Assembly (NCBI GenBank): GCA_964187785.1 | Contig: OZ076409.1 | Coordinates: 67,086,001 to 67,150,000 of the forward strand | DNA from: Amphiscolops sp. MND2022 | Taxonomy: Eukaryota | DNA: 64,000 bases | Direction: 5' to 3' | Shown: piece by piece, positions 24,415 through 34,954 of the stretch | Position numbering within the stretch: position 1 is the stretch's first letter | How the letters are laid out: each line of letters begins with the position of its first letter | The notes under the pieces: generated by a model | Seen by the model: the letters and a program-made list of their open reading frames with translations, nothing else | Databases searched by the model: none | Told to the model about the DNA's origin: nothing | Position numbers and translations under genes: made by a program

Positions 24415-25597
24415 ATGTGATAGTGGGTATATTAAGATCGCGTTCAAATTCAATATGTACTACTTCGAAAGGAGCAGGAGAGGTTTTATGTTCTAACTTA
24501 GAAACGTGAAATATTGGGTGTGGATTTAATCCTTGAAATTTAACTTTGACTTCAAATTTAAGTTCTAGATTTGATGTCTGAAGGCGTTTTAGTTCTGTTT
24601 CTTTGCGTTTGTGAGATAAGAGGTCGTTATTGTTAATAAAACGTTCTGCAAGAATTGGAAGTCGGGGATCGTTTTGTGGGTCGTAGATGGTTATACCATA
24701 GACTCTAAGTGGATAGTCAGCAAAATTTGGAGTTGGAGGTCTAGAGTGTTCTGCAGTATAGTATTCGGGCAGTCTAATATGTGCAGGAACAGGAGTAGGG
24801 ATTACTACTTGTGAAAAGAGATCTCCTGATAGAAATGCAGTCTGTGGGTTAGATGAGAGTAATGGAGCGGTTTCAAAACCAGAAGTAAAATAAGGAGATT
24901 GAAAGAGCTCTGAAGATGGTGTGTCAGAGGACAATGGTTGAGCGTGTTGTCGTACAAGTCGTAATGCAGAATTGCTAGAAAGAGTCGAAAAATTGAGTGT
25001 TGAAGTGTCTGTACTAAGTCTACGTGAAGGAAGGTCACGTAGATTATATCTATGTTTAGGTACAAAAAGTGAGCTTGTGTCTTGTGATGGAGCGTAGTCT
25101 GAAGTATTATTGTCTAAGAGATTCGAGAGTGATGTAAAGGGTTTTCGAAGAGGTTTTAATGGTGGATAAAGTTTTGAAGGAGTAGTGCTAAGTTCTGAAG
25201 GTAATTTTAGTGGAGGTAGCTTTGTATATTCAGTATCAGGGATTTGTACAAGATTAAGTTGAGGTTGGAGTCTAACAGTTTTGATAGCTGTAGGATGTTT
25301 GTATGTTACGTATTGTTCAACACTTTCGGGGTTTGGTATGTGTATAATAGGAGTGTTAATAGGAGTTTGTTGAGGACGAGTGTTTATAGGAATTTCAGTT
25401 ATAGGTGGTCTGTGAAGAAGTGAGGAAGAGGTGGTTTCAGAGATGTATGATCTTGGTCTTTTAGAAGGAGTAGTAGGAGTTACATTACTAGAGTTTGTAG
25501 TGCTAGATACTGAAGATTCAGGTGGAGAAGGAATACTTGGAGCTGATGGAGATATATCAGAGGGAGGATCCAGGGTTGTTGAAGTGTTTTCAACAGG
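24356..25597 (-). CDS. ORF X: 414-codon Pro/Ser/Thr-rich open frame between integrase and env, no ATG
   Basis: Manual translation is stop-free from 25597 to the TAA at 24356-24358. The ORF track shows only its last 192 aa. Contains RYNLR. Confidence 0.7.
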   Translation of the reverse strand, partial: PVENTSTTLDPPSDISPSAPSIPSPPESSVSSTTNSSNVTPTTPSKRPRSYISETTSSSLLHRPPITEIPINTRPQQTPINTPIIHIPNPESVEQYVTYKHPTAIKTVRLQPQLNLVQIPDTEYTKLPPLKLPSELSTTPSKLYPPLKPLRKPFTSLSNLLDNNTSDYAPSQDTSSLFVPKHRYNLRDLPSRRLSTDTSTLNFSTLSSNSALRLVRQHAQPLSSDTPSSELFQSPYFTSGFETAPLLSSNPQTAFLSGDLFSQVVIPTPVPAHIRLPEYYTAEHSRPPTPNFADYPLRVYGITIYDPQNDPRLPILAERFINNNDLLSHKRKETELKRLQTSNLELKFEVKVKFQGLNPHPIFHVSKLEHKTSPAPFEVVHIEFERDLNIPTITYGNIFFCNPYSGLKYTTSF

Positions 25598-25683
25598 TTA
25601 TCTTTGAGATAACTTGTTATGGGTTATATTTCATTCAACCAGAGTGACTAGGTTTGAGTGAGCCAACGGATAGAATGACTAGA

Positions 25684-28600
25684 TTACAGTTGTGAAGGTG
25701 TAATAAAAAGTCTATAATCTAATTTGGGTTGTTGTCGTAGTTTATAGGGAGTTTTTGTGGTTCCGTCAATTTGAGGAGGAAGTGAAGTGGCTTGGTTCTT
25801 AGATGAGTGTCTTGATCTGTCACTAGAGATAATAGTATTAGGGGTATTAATTATATGTCTATATAAGGAGTTGTCATTGGTTGAGGAAGTCAAAGAATTG
25901 TCATTGGATGTTATAGATGGTGTATTCTGATTGGGTGTACTAAATGATGATGGTGTTACAAATGTTTGGGAATCTTCTTCAGACAACGATTCGTCTGAGT
26001 TAACAGGAGAAGAATCACTGTTTGCATATTTGGTAGGTTGTGGAATTTGAAATTGAGTTGTGTCTGAAAAGCGCATAAAACTACGCAGGTGTGGATATAA
26101 GAGTGGTTCTTTTGGATAATATGGAATTAAATGATTTCTGTTGACGTGTACTGTAGAGCCATCTTGTGCAAGTAGTGCATATGTGACGTCTGATAATCTA
26201 TCAAGAATTTTATATGGTCCAATCCGAAGGGGTTTTAGTTTGTCAGAAAAGTGAACGTGGGTAAAATTGCGTTTTAAAACAAAGGTACCAATAGGAAGGG
26301 GTTTACCTTCATGGTAAGTTTTTGTAATATATGCGTGTGAAATGATTTTTCTTAGAGTGTTTTCGTATACTGTAGAATAAATTTGTAACATAGCAGTTTC
26401 TACAGCGAGAAACCAATGTGGAATGGGTTTTGAAAGTGTTTTATAGAAAAATGGGTTTATATCGGATTTATCATAATGGCAGTGTGCTGGAAGTTGAGAG
26501 CAATATCGTGAAATACATGTTTTAGAGGTGTCTCGGTTAAGGTTCAAATCAAATGTAAGGGGTATTCTGGGTCGGGTGTGGAAAACAATTTCGTGAGGTG
26601 AAATGTTGAGTTCTGAAAGTGGTTGTGAATTATGTGCATAAGCGTACATATGGACTTGGAATGCCCAATCTTTAGGTGTGTCATGTAAGAACATCCGTAA
26701 ATGGGTACCAAGATTTCTATTTTGTACTTCAACAAGGCCGTTTGTCCAAGGAGAATAAGCTGTTCGAGGAGAATGACGAATTCCCATAAGTGTGCAAAGG
26801 TGTGCCATTTCTTTATTAACATATTCTGATCCACGATCAGTGACAAGATATATGGGTGGTCCAAATTTAATAATCCAATGGTGTAGGAGAGTTTTGATAG
26901 CAGTATTTGCGTTGTTTGATTTGATGGGTACTGTAACAACAAAGTGACTAAAAGCGTCAATTATCACGTGTATATAGGATTTGTTGTGAGAAGGAGGATT
27001 AATAGGTCCTTTAGTGTCCATTGAAATTCGATAGTTGAAAGATGGAGCATGTTCTGAAAAAGATTGTGTGGGAGCAGTTTAAATTTTCATATTAAAGTGT
27101 TTGTTTCGTTGACATTCAATACAATCATGTATAAAAATGGAAAGCCAATTTTCAAGGAATGGGATATAGTAATATTGTTTGAAGGTATTGTAGGTGATTT
27201 TCATACTAGTATGAGAGTGTTCATGGAGTTTGTCAAAAACAGTTTTAAACAGTCGGAAAGGTAGGCATATACGAATAGTGTCTTGTACAAAATTTGGAGT
27301 AGTGGATTGGTTAATAACAGTGGGGTTTGTAATATATAGACTAATAAGATTTGTGGATTCGTCAATGAAAAGTTGTGAAAATCTTTTGTAATATACATTT
27401 AGAAATGGAGTACCAGTGATAACAGGTGTTATAAATTCGGGTTTTTCATTATTTAATAACCAAGAATAAACAGTTCTAAGAACCGGATCTTGAGATTGTT
27501 GTTGTTGAAGAGTTTTTATGTCTAATGAGTAATCATCTGGAAGGAAGAAACCTTGAAAATAGTTTTTGTACTTAAAGAATGATCTATCATAAAAAGGTAC
27601 GATTTGTTGACAGTGTGTGAGAGATGGTAAATTTGGTTGTACATTTATTGCAGAAATTGATTTTTGTGAGGTATTGTGAGTTGGTTGTTTAAGAGTAGAA
27701 TAATTTTCTGTTTGTAATGTTGTGTCTTGTAAGAAGGAAGAGTCAGATTTTGGAATTCTGGTGTAAATATGATCTTCGTCATCACTTGTAACGTCAATAT
27801 CATTAAGTAAGAGAGATTGTTGATGAAGGGTTTTGTTGTTCTTTTTGGTAGGTGTCTTGAACTTAGTTTGAAAAGGAGTTATGGATTTGAATGAGAAGGA
27901 TTGTAACGGTTTGACAACAATTTCATTTCCTTTATCTTTGATACGAATAGAGAATTGATCTGTACCATAATCAGCAAGAATTGGATGAGAGTCATGTTTT
28001 TGATGAGGTAAAATTTCTTCATGTTTTATTAAGTAATGTACAGGTTTAAGAGTGTTATCTTGTAAAAGTGCAAAATCGATTTGTGGTGGGAGGTGTTTAT
28101 GTTTTAATTGGTTTAGTTGTAATTCAGCTTTTGTAAAGGTGCGACTCAACATATCGGCAACAGAGAGATTTTTTCCAGGAGTGTGAATTCTTTTGAGTTT
28201 TGAAAATTTTGTCAGTTGCGTTTGAGCTCTATAGAAACGAGGACTGAGATTACCTTTCTTGGTAAAATAATGTAATAAAGGTTTGTGGTCAGTAAAAATG
28301 TGTATTGGATGTGGAGAACCTATGATGAGAAATTCATAGATTTGAAGTGCGTGTACTATACCAAGAAGTTCTCTATCAAGTGTGGAGAGTTTTTGTTCTT
28401 GTGGATTAAGTATACGAGAGTTGTACGATATGACTTTCATTTTGTTTTGTTCATTCAATTGAAATAAGACAGCGCCTAATCCTAAGGGAAGCGTCAACTG
28501 TAATGAAAAATGTATGTTTTGTATTTGGTATTGTTTATTCTGTTTCAGAAGTGAAAGACATTTTAAGTTTTTGGAATAGACTTTCGTGTTCGTCTGTCCA

Positions 28601-30135
28601 TTTCCAAGGAGTGTTCTCATGTAAAAGATCGTAAAATGGTTTGAGGTTAATATGTAGTTTTTCAATAAATTTGGTGTAAAAATTGAGTGCGCCAATGAAA
28701 CTCATTAGGGCAACTTTGCCAGTTGGAGAAGGGATCTTATGAATAGCTGCAATTTTTGGATGGATTGGTTTAATTGTATTGTAACCAATTTCATGTCCAA
28801 GGAATTTGACTTTAAGAAGCATGAAAAAGGATTTTTCAGGGGCTAGTTTAAGATTGTTTTATGTACTAATAATGTGCAATTGTTCTATGAGTTGAAACAT
28901 GTGTTCTTTAGAATCAGATAAAAGTAATATATCGTCAATGTAGACAAGAGCGAAACCTTGTTCTATAAGAGTTTTAAAGAAAGTAGACATTTGTTTTGTA
29001 AAGAAGTTTGGTAGTCCTTTGAGACCATAAAAGCCTCTGATAAAAGCGAAAAGTTTGTCTCCGGAGGAGAAACTAGTAAGTTTTATAGTATCTTCGTCAA
29101 GAGGTGTATGTGCATAGGCATACATAAGGTCAATAGCGGATTTGTAGTTTTTGTTTGCGCGTGCTAATTGTGGAGCAAGAGGTTCAATAGGCCAAGATTC
29201 ATCAGATTGTTCTGTATTGGAGTTAAGATGTCGAGCGTCTAAAACACATTTTATTGTATCTCCCTTGGGGATTATAATAAGAGGATTTAAATAAGTTGTG
29301 CCATAAACGGGTTTGTCTTGAGGAGAAGAACCAATTTGTTTGATAATGTTATATTTTTCGAGTTCTTTGAGAAGTACGTTAAGTTTGTCTCAGTAGTGAA
29401 TAGGGACTTTGGAAGGACGTTGTGTCATAAGTTGAGCATTTGGTTTAAGTCTTACACGAAAGGGTGTTGAAATTTTTCCAACATCGTTTTTATGAGTTGC
29501 ATAACATGTTTTATATTTGAGTAACATATTGCAAAGAGTAATGTATTCTGTATCTGTGAGGTCAGAAAATTGGAAGTTAAATTTATTAATGAATTTTAAA
29601 TTTTCAGAAGTGTATGGTAGGGAAGGAAAAATGCGTTTTTCAGAAGTGTGAGAAGTAGGTTGAACGTTATATAAAGGAGAAGTTTGATTTGGAATGTCAT
29701 CATTTGTCATATAACTTTGATGTAGAGAGAATTGAGGAGGAGGGGTTGAAGGATCATCATATTGTACAATATAGTTGGTCTGTGGAAGTGGTTCAGTAAT
29801 ATCAGGATGATAAGTATGGGTAACGTTATGTATTAAAGTATTAATGTCGTTAACTTGGAAGAATTTAGGTTTTTCATTAGTAATTGGAACTTCAATGTAT
29901 CCAATATGTCCTGTAGGTAGAGTTGCAACATGTTTTGAAGTGTTCTGAATAATAGTTGCACAAATATCTGGTTTGTCATCGGTAAATACTTCAATAAAAT
30001 TGAAATTTGTACGGAATTTGGTTGCAAAATAGGTATGAGGTACTGAAGGAAAGAAGTGGTTTTGTGGTGTGGTTGTAAAATGAAGATTATGATAATTTTT
30101 GATCGGAAAGTGTGCAATTTTGGAAGATTTGGGTT
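25684..30135 (-). pseudogene. pol: pol: RT, RNase H and integrase, with several stops/frameshifts
   Basis: RT LDARHLN, IDLMYAY, YIDD, VKFLGH. RNase H VDAS...RELLGIV...FTDHKPL...ADMLSR. Integrase HEHSH...CIEC zinc finger, MDTKGP/TDRGSEY/NGLVE catalytic D-D-E, GPY motif RIGPYKI. Confidence 0.95.
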
Positions 30136-33100
30136 TTAGACGTATCTGAGATTTTGAGTTAATTCTATAAATGTAAGAGAAGTATGGATAATCTTTAGAT
30201 GGAGTGTTGTGAATTTTGTATAATTTGGGTGTGTTTTTGATTGGTATTTAAATTCGAGTGTAAAGTCTTGTATGTTTATGTTTTGTATATTGTCTTCAAA
30301 GAATGGTGTGCCAAGGATGTTGTATTTGATATCAGCTACTGCGAAGGGTACTGAAAAGTAACGAGAGTTTTCATCAATAGTGGTGTTCAAGATTATATCT
30401 GCATAGTGTAAAATAGGAACTTCAGTTTGGTTTGCAACGGTTAATGTTTTGGAATTTCGAGTTGGTCCAACATCAGAGGTGTGATTTGATCTAATATCTA
30501 GGAGTTTTGTAAGAGTTATGTATGTTGGGTAATTGAGTACAGAAATGGAAGCACCGCTATCTAGGAGGAATGCAATTTCTAATCTAGATGGGTTGTCTCT
30601 TTGTACTATACTTGATGGGGTGTGTACATATAGAGTATAAAACCAACTTGTAGGTGTGACAGCATTTGCCATTGCTGTTGGGTGATACATGTGTACTTCA
30701 AATTTGATAGGGTCAGTTTGATCTTGTTGTTGTATCATATTGATTTTATTTCTGGAATTTGAGTGTGAGCGAGATCCAGAAAATCTAGAGTCTCTTGGTC
30801 TTGATGGTGGTCTATATGAATTTGTGTACTTTGTGAATTTGTTATCTCTTGAATAGGAGCGTGATCTGTATCTAGGACGAGAGTTTTGTCTATATGGGGA
30901 TCTATAAGAAGATCTGTAAGGAGAACGGTAAGATCGAGAATCACGTTTGTATGTATCATATCTTGATCTGGAGTAGTGTGGAGGAGTAGTACTTTTGTCA
31001 TAACGAAATCTGTCTCTATCTCGAGATGTAGAACGGTATCGGTTTTGTGAATATTTTTGGTTATAAGAGTTTTCTCGTGAAGTACTTCGACTTCGGTATC
31101 GATTATCATAGTGTTTTGTTCTGTCATTGGAAGGAGAACGAAAGTACTGAACGAATGATTTTTGTGGAGATTTTGATCGAGCATATGCTTCTCGTTTATC
31201 TTCTTCATCTCGTTGTTTTTTGAAACAAGCAGAAATGGAGTGATTTGTTCTATGACAGTATGAGCAATATTTTTTATATGCAGGTTTATTTTTGTTATTT
31301 GGGTCTTTGGGTTGTGTATACATAAGTTGTTCTTGAGATGGGTGATCTAGAGTTTGAGTTTTCAATTGTTTTGTAATATTATTGATTTCAAGTGCAAGAT
31401 CGTGTGTTCTGATTTTGTCGTTTGCAATATCTTCAGCGTCAACAAGTTTTACTAAGGTATGAAAAGGAATTGAAGGTTCTAAGACAGTGGAGGTGTGTTT
31501 TACTTGTCTTTTATTTGCAAAATCTTTAAGGTTTTTTGGAAGTCCTTTTGTAAAGATTTCAAAACAATTAAGGTTTATAGTAGATGCATTCTCATTACAC
31601 CAGCCTTTTTCAACCAGTTGTTGAACTTTGAGTGCAAAATGACGTACTGTTTCATTGTCTTTCTTTGTTAAATTAGAGGCTTCAACTTGAGCATAGTAAG
31701 CGTTCTTTTGTGAGGAAAATTGTTTTTTGAAAGCTTGTACAAAAGCGTGCCAATCATGTTTATAAGTGTCGTTTAAACGGATGTACCAGCTTAGTGCTGT
31801 GCCTGTTAGAGAGCATTGTATAAAAGCCATGCGACGGGCGTGCCAAAATTTATATTCATGTTCCGATGTAGGTTGTAAACCTAAGGAAAATGTAACACGT
31901 GCCTCATTATGTTGTAAATATTCTTCAGGTGTATAGTTGTGATCAAGTCCATCAAAAGGTTTATTGGGTTCTGATATAGAAGTAGAAGAATTAATATATG
32001 TTGGGTGTGACATAGTGTTATGAGACATAGTAGATGGAGGTGTTGTATTGTATGTGGGGTTATTGGAAATATTAGGTAAAGAAGTAGTTGAAGTACCATG
32101 AAAGTGAGGGTTAGTTCTAATTGTTGTCGAAGGAGGATTTGGTATATGAAATTGAGAAGTTTGTAATGTAGGAGTGATTGTATTGGATGTATGTTGAGAA
32201 AAAAGAGTATTTAATTGGTTGGATGTATTGTAATTTATCTGAGATTGTTGTGTATGACTTGGATTAGTACTGGTGAGACTGTATGATAATGGATTAGTTA
32301 ATATAGGTTGTAATGGAGGTCGAGAAAGCTGTCTTGCAGTAGTATAATCTGTAGATGGGTTAGAATGGATGGTGTTAATGTTTAAGGTAGTTTGTGTAGT
32401 TTGTACTGAATTGGTTTGAGCTGGAGTATAATTCGAAGTTTGTATTTCAGAGGATAATGGTGGAGTTGGTGTTTGAAAATGTACTATATTATTGTTTTGT
32501 GCAATGTAGGGTGTATTTGATGAGCTTTGTTGAGGAGTGTCATGGGTGTTTATCTGAGTTGAGAATTGGGGTGGAACAGAAGGTGGATTGTAATTTCGAG
32601 GAAATATTATTTGTGTCTGAGAGGGTTGTGTAATGTTAGTGTTAGATGTAGATAAAATAGAGGTATTGTCTGGATTTGTATTTGAAGTGTTGTCTTGATT
32701 TTGGTTTGTAAATTCATTTTGTGTGATATTGTGGGTAGGAACTAGTAGAAGATTTGAATCATCGGTTATTGTAAAACTTCGTGTATTTTGTACTGTTTCT
32801 TCAGAAAGTTCTGATGTATTGTGAATTGTATTTGTTTCAGAAGGATTTGGTTGTTGCATATCTGAGATTTGTGATAATGGTGGGTATGATAGTTGTTCTT
32901 GAGGAAGATCAGGATTTTGAAAAAGATTAGTAAGGGCTTCTTGTTCTGGGGATTCTTGTTCTGATTGGTCTGATTGTTGTCTTGTATATGAAGGTTCAAC
33001 ACTAGAGGTTTGTTCTTCAGGAGTTGTTTCATGAGAAGTATCAGGTGTAGTAAAAGGTCTGTTGTCTGATGTTTCAGAATGTTCAAGTACAAAGTTGTGA

Positions 33101-33879
33101 TCTAAGGTTATTTGTTCAAAATGTGTAACATTTAGTGAAATAAGATCTCGGTAATGTAAATAATTGTTTTCATTTTTTATGATGTATGGTAAGAGTTCTA
33201 TATGTGGTAATATTTGAGGGAAGTTAATATAGGCTTGTTGATCTTTTTGTTCCCATATTAGTTGATAGTTAAATCTAAGAAACTTTAATAAGAATTGTGT
33301 AAAAATTTTGACTTGAGGTATAGTGTCATCTGTAAGAATAATGTTGGTAAAGAATCTGTACTGAAAATGTTTTATTTGTAAGATATCTCGTTGTAACCAA
33401 TAATGAGCATTATCATGTCGTTGGACTTTTGTGTCAAGATCTGGGACCTCGAAATCTTCAGATCTATGTTTTAGTTCATGTAAATCAGAAGGACAATAAG
33501 GTGGTGTATCTTGGTTTTCCTTGAATTCAATGAGTTTTGGCATGTAAGTGTGAAAAACATCTTGTATAGAAAGTGTAATATTTTTTGGGTGTATAGTTCT
33601 ATAAAATGTTCCAGAGTTTATTCCTTTAACAGGGTTAAAAATAACTTGAAAAGGGATTTTTGATGGTGTAATGTCAAGTGTTTTATAGCGGATATAATAT
33701 AGATAAGAATCACAATGTTCTCGTACTAATGGAATAGTATGTAATATATGGGGTTCTGTTTCAAATGGAAGTGGGTTAGTGTACTGAAAGATAATGTTTT
33801 GTAGAAAAGGTGTTACATCTTGTATAAGAGATCGATTTTGTCTTTTGTCAGTAGTGACTGTAAATGGAGTGGGGAGCAT
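30136..33879 (-). CDS. gag: gag-protease polyprotein (1247 aa to first frameshift)
   Basis: Capsid-like PFDG...LTGTALSWY...ETVRHFALKVQQL. CCHC knuckle CSYCHRTNHSISAC. RS-rich block. Aspartic protease FLLDSGASISVL...ILGTPFF. Confidence 0.95.
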   Translation of the reverse strand: MLPTPFTVTTDKRQNRSLIQDVTPFLQNIIFQYTNPLPFETEPHILHTIPLVREHCDSYLYYIRYKTLDITPSKIPFQVIFNPVKGINSGTFYRTIHPKNITLSIQDVFHTYMPKLIEFKENQDTPPYCPSDLHELKHRSEDFEVPDLDTKVQRHDNAHYWLQRDILQIKHFQYRFFTNIILTDDTIPQVKIFTQFLLKFLRFNYQLIWEQKDQQAYINFPQILPHIELLPYIIKNENNYLHYRDLISLNVTHFEQITLDHNFVLEHSETSDNRPFTTPDTSHETTPEEQTSSVEPSYTRQQSDQSEQESPEQEALTNLFQNPDLPQEQLSYPPLSQISDMQQPNPSETNTIHNTSELSEETVQNTRSFTITDDSNLLLVPTHNITQNEFTNQNQDNTSNTNPDNTSILSTSNTNITQPSQTQIIFPRNYNPPSVPPQFSTQINTHDTPQQSSSNTPYIAQNNNIVHFQTPTPPLSSEIQTSNYTPAQTNSVQTTQTTLNINTIHSNPSTDYTTARQLSRPPLQPILTNPLSYSLTSTNPSHTQQSQINYNTSNQLNTLFSQHTSNTITPTLQTSQFHIPNPPSTTIRTNPHFHGTSTTSLPNISNNPTYNTTPPSTMSHNTMSHPTYINSSTSISEPNKPFDGLDHNYTPEEYLQHNEARVTFSLGLQPTSEHEYKFWHARRMAFIQCSLTGTALSWYIRLNDTYKHDWHAFVQAFKKQFSSQKNAYYAQVEASNLTKKDNETVRHFALKVQQLVEKGWCNENASTINLNCFEIFTKGLPKNLKDFANKRQVKHTSTVLEPSIPFHTLVKLVDAEDIANDKIRTHDLALEINNITKQLKTQTLDHPSQEQLMYTQPKDPNNKNKPAYKKYCSYCHRTNHSISACFKKQRDEEDKREAYARSKSPQKSFVQYFRSPSNDRTKHYDNRYRSRSTSRENSYNQKYSQNRYRSTSRDRDRFRYDKSTTPPHYSRSRYDTYKRDSRSYRSPYRSSYRSPYRQNSRPRYRSRSYSRDNKFTKYTNSYRPPSRPRDSRFSGSRSHSNSRNKINMIQQQDQTDPIKFEVHMYHPTAMANAVTPTSWFYTLYVHTPSSIVQRDNPSRLEIAFLLDSGASISVLNYPTYITLTKLLDIRSNHTSDVGPTRNSKTLTVANQTEVPILHYADIILNTTIDENSRYFSVPFAVADIKYNILGTPFFEDNIQNINIQDFTLEFKYQSKTHPNYTKFTTLHLKIIHTSLTFIELTQNLRYV

Positions 33880-33894
33880 TATATGATATTAAGT

Positions 33895-34128
33895 TTAATT
33901 AGTATAATAAGATTGCCATAAAGGATAGATGTATCGGAAAAGAAGATATTTTGTATTGAATTGTGAGTTATATGGTAAAAAGTGATCTATGAAAACCACT
34001 TGTAAGAAAATAGTAAGTACAATACTTATGAAAAGAAGGAATGGGTTTTGTATATATTGAATAAGTATATGGAAGGTGTGGTAGATACTAAGTAGTCCAA
34101 AAAGAGGTAGTACTATACTTGTTAACAT
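33895..34128 (-). CDS. Small hydrophobic ORF (77 aa, 1-2 predicted TM segments) immediately upstream of gag
   Basis: ATG-started; hydrophobic segments IVLPLFGLLSIY and PFLLFISIVLTIFLQVVFI. Ends 15 nt before the gag ATG. Confidence 0.55.
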   Translation of the reverse strand: MLTSIVLPLFGLLSIYHTFHILIQYIQNPFLLFISIVLTIFLQVVFIDHFLPYNSQFNTKYLLFRYIYPLWQSYYTN

Positions 34129-34147
34129 AGAAGAAAAAGGTTGTGCT

Positions 34148-34270
34148 TCAAAGTTTTGGTATGAATGAAATTAAGAATTTGTCCAGAAAAAGTGCAAGAC
34201 CAGCAATGATAGCAACAAAGAACCAAAAGCAGACAATGAGTTTAACTATAGTGTCTACTGAAGGCGGCAT
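34148..34270 (-). CDS. Small single-TM ORF (40 aa) upstream of gag
   Basis: Manual translation MPPSVDTIVKLIVCFWFFVAIIAGLALFLDKFLISFIPKL*. Ends 19 nt before the 77-aa ORF. Not in the ORF track. Confidence 0.5.
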   Translation of the reverse strand: MPPSVDTIVKLIVCFWFFVAIIAGLALFLDKFLISFIPKL

Positions 34271-34585
34271 GTACAATGAAGAATGTGTCCAAGAGGTTGT
34301 ATTAAAATTTGTTTTATATCGGTGTATGAAAAATGAAAGTTATATAAAGAAATATGTGAGGTATGTGTTATATATTTTAATTGTTATGTATTTGGATCCG
34401 TAAACTAGTTTTAAAAGAGTTTTGTATGTTGTTTGTACTGTAAAAGAGGGAATAAGAAAGGTATTATAAATATGTTATGTAGAAAATATGTGTTAAATAT
34501 GTGTGCCAACTTTAAAGTTGATCCAAGCGGCTAGAACCAAAGAGATTTCTACTAGCAGGTATCGCTGGATAGCAGTGTAGAAGGG

Positions 34586-34757
34586 CCAACACGTATCGCA
34601 GGTCTGCGGTTGGAACGGAAGAAAGAGAAAAAGCCAACACGAATTCACTCAGTGGTGGTTGGAACGAAAAATTTACTGACAGGAATTACGTCAAGAAACG
34701 TAGTCAGAACCAAGAAATATGACTGACAGGAATTACGTTGAAAAACGCAGTCAGAAC
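34586..34757 (-). promoter_or_regulatory. Array of four bulged stem-loops in the 5' leader (candidate packaging/dimerisation signal)
   Basis: Plus-strand units CCAAC..GTTGG (x2) and CTGAC..GTCAG (x2). Each has an A(C/G)G(A/T)AT bulge, an upper stem and a trailing AAC. Confidence 0.55.
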
Positions 34758-34934
34758 CATAGCAACACGGATCAATTTCAGATAGAAATTGGTTGCAACG
34801 TTGAAGTTAGTAACGATAGGCGATGTTGAGAGGTGGAGAAACTGTGTGTCGAACAAAGAGATAGCGTATGAGAAAGTCGAGGAAAGAGGTACAACAAATG
34901 TAGATGTGTGAAATAAATGGGAGAGAAAAAAAGA

Positions 34935-34952
34935 ATTTTCTTGGTCGCACCA
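34935..34952 (-). promoter_or_regulatory. tRNA primer-binding site of giant element
   Basis: TGGTGCGACCAAG... begins 2 nt after the 5' LTR. Cognate tRNA not identified. Confidence 0.8.
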
Positions 34953-34954
34953 AT

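Noticed and set aside
21887..30200. Many stops/frameshifts despite 99% identical LTRs, as evidence of programmed recoding or trans-mobilisation
   Set aside because: About ten lesions over 17 kb is roughly compatible with neutral decay at the observed LTR divergence, or with assembly indels. No convincing slippery sites at the pol lesions.
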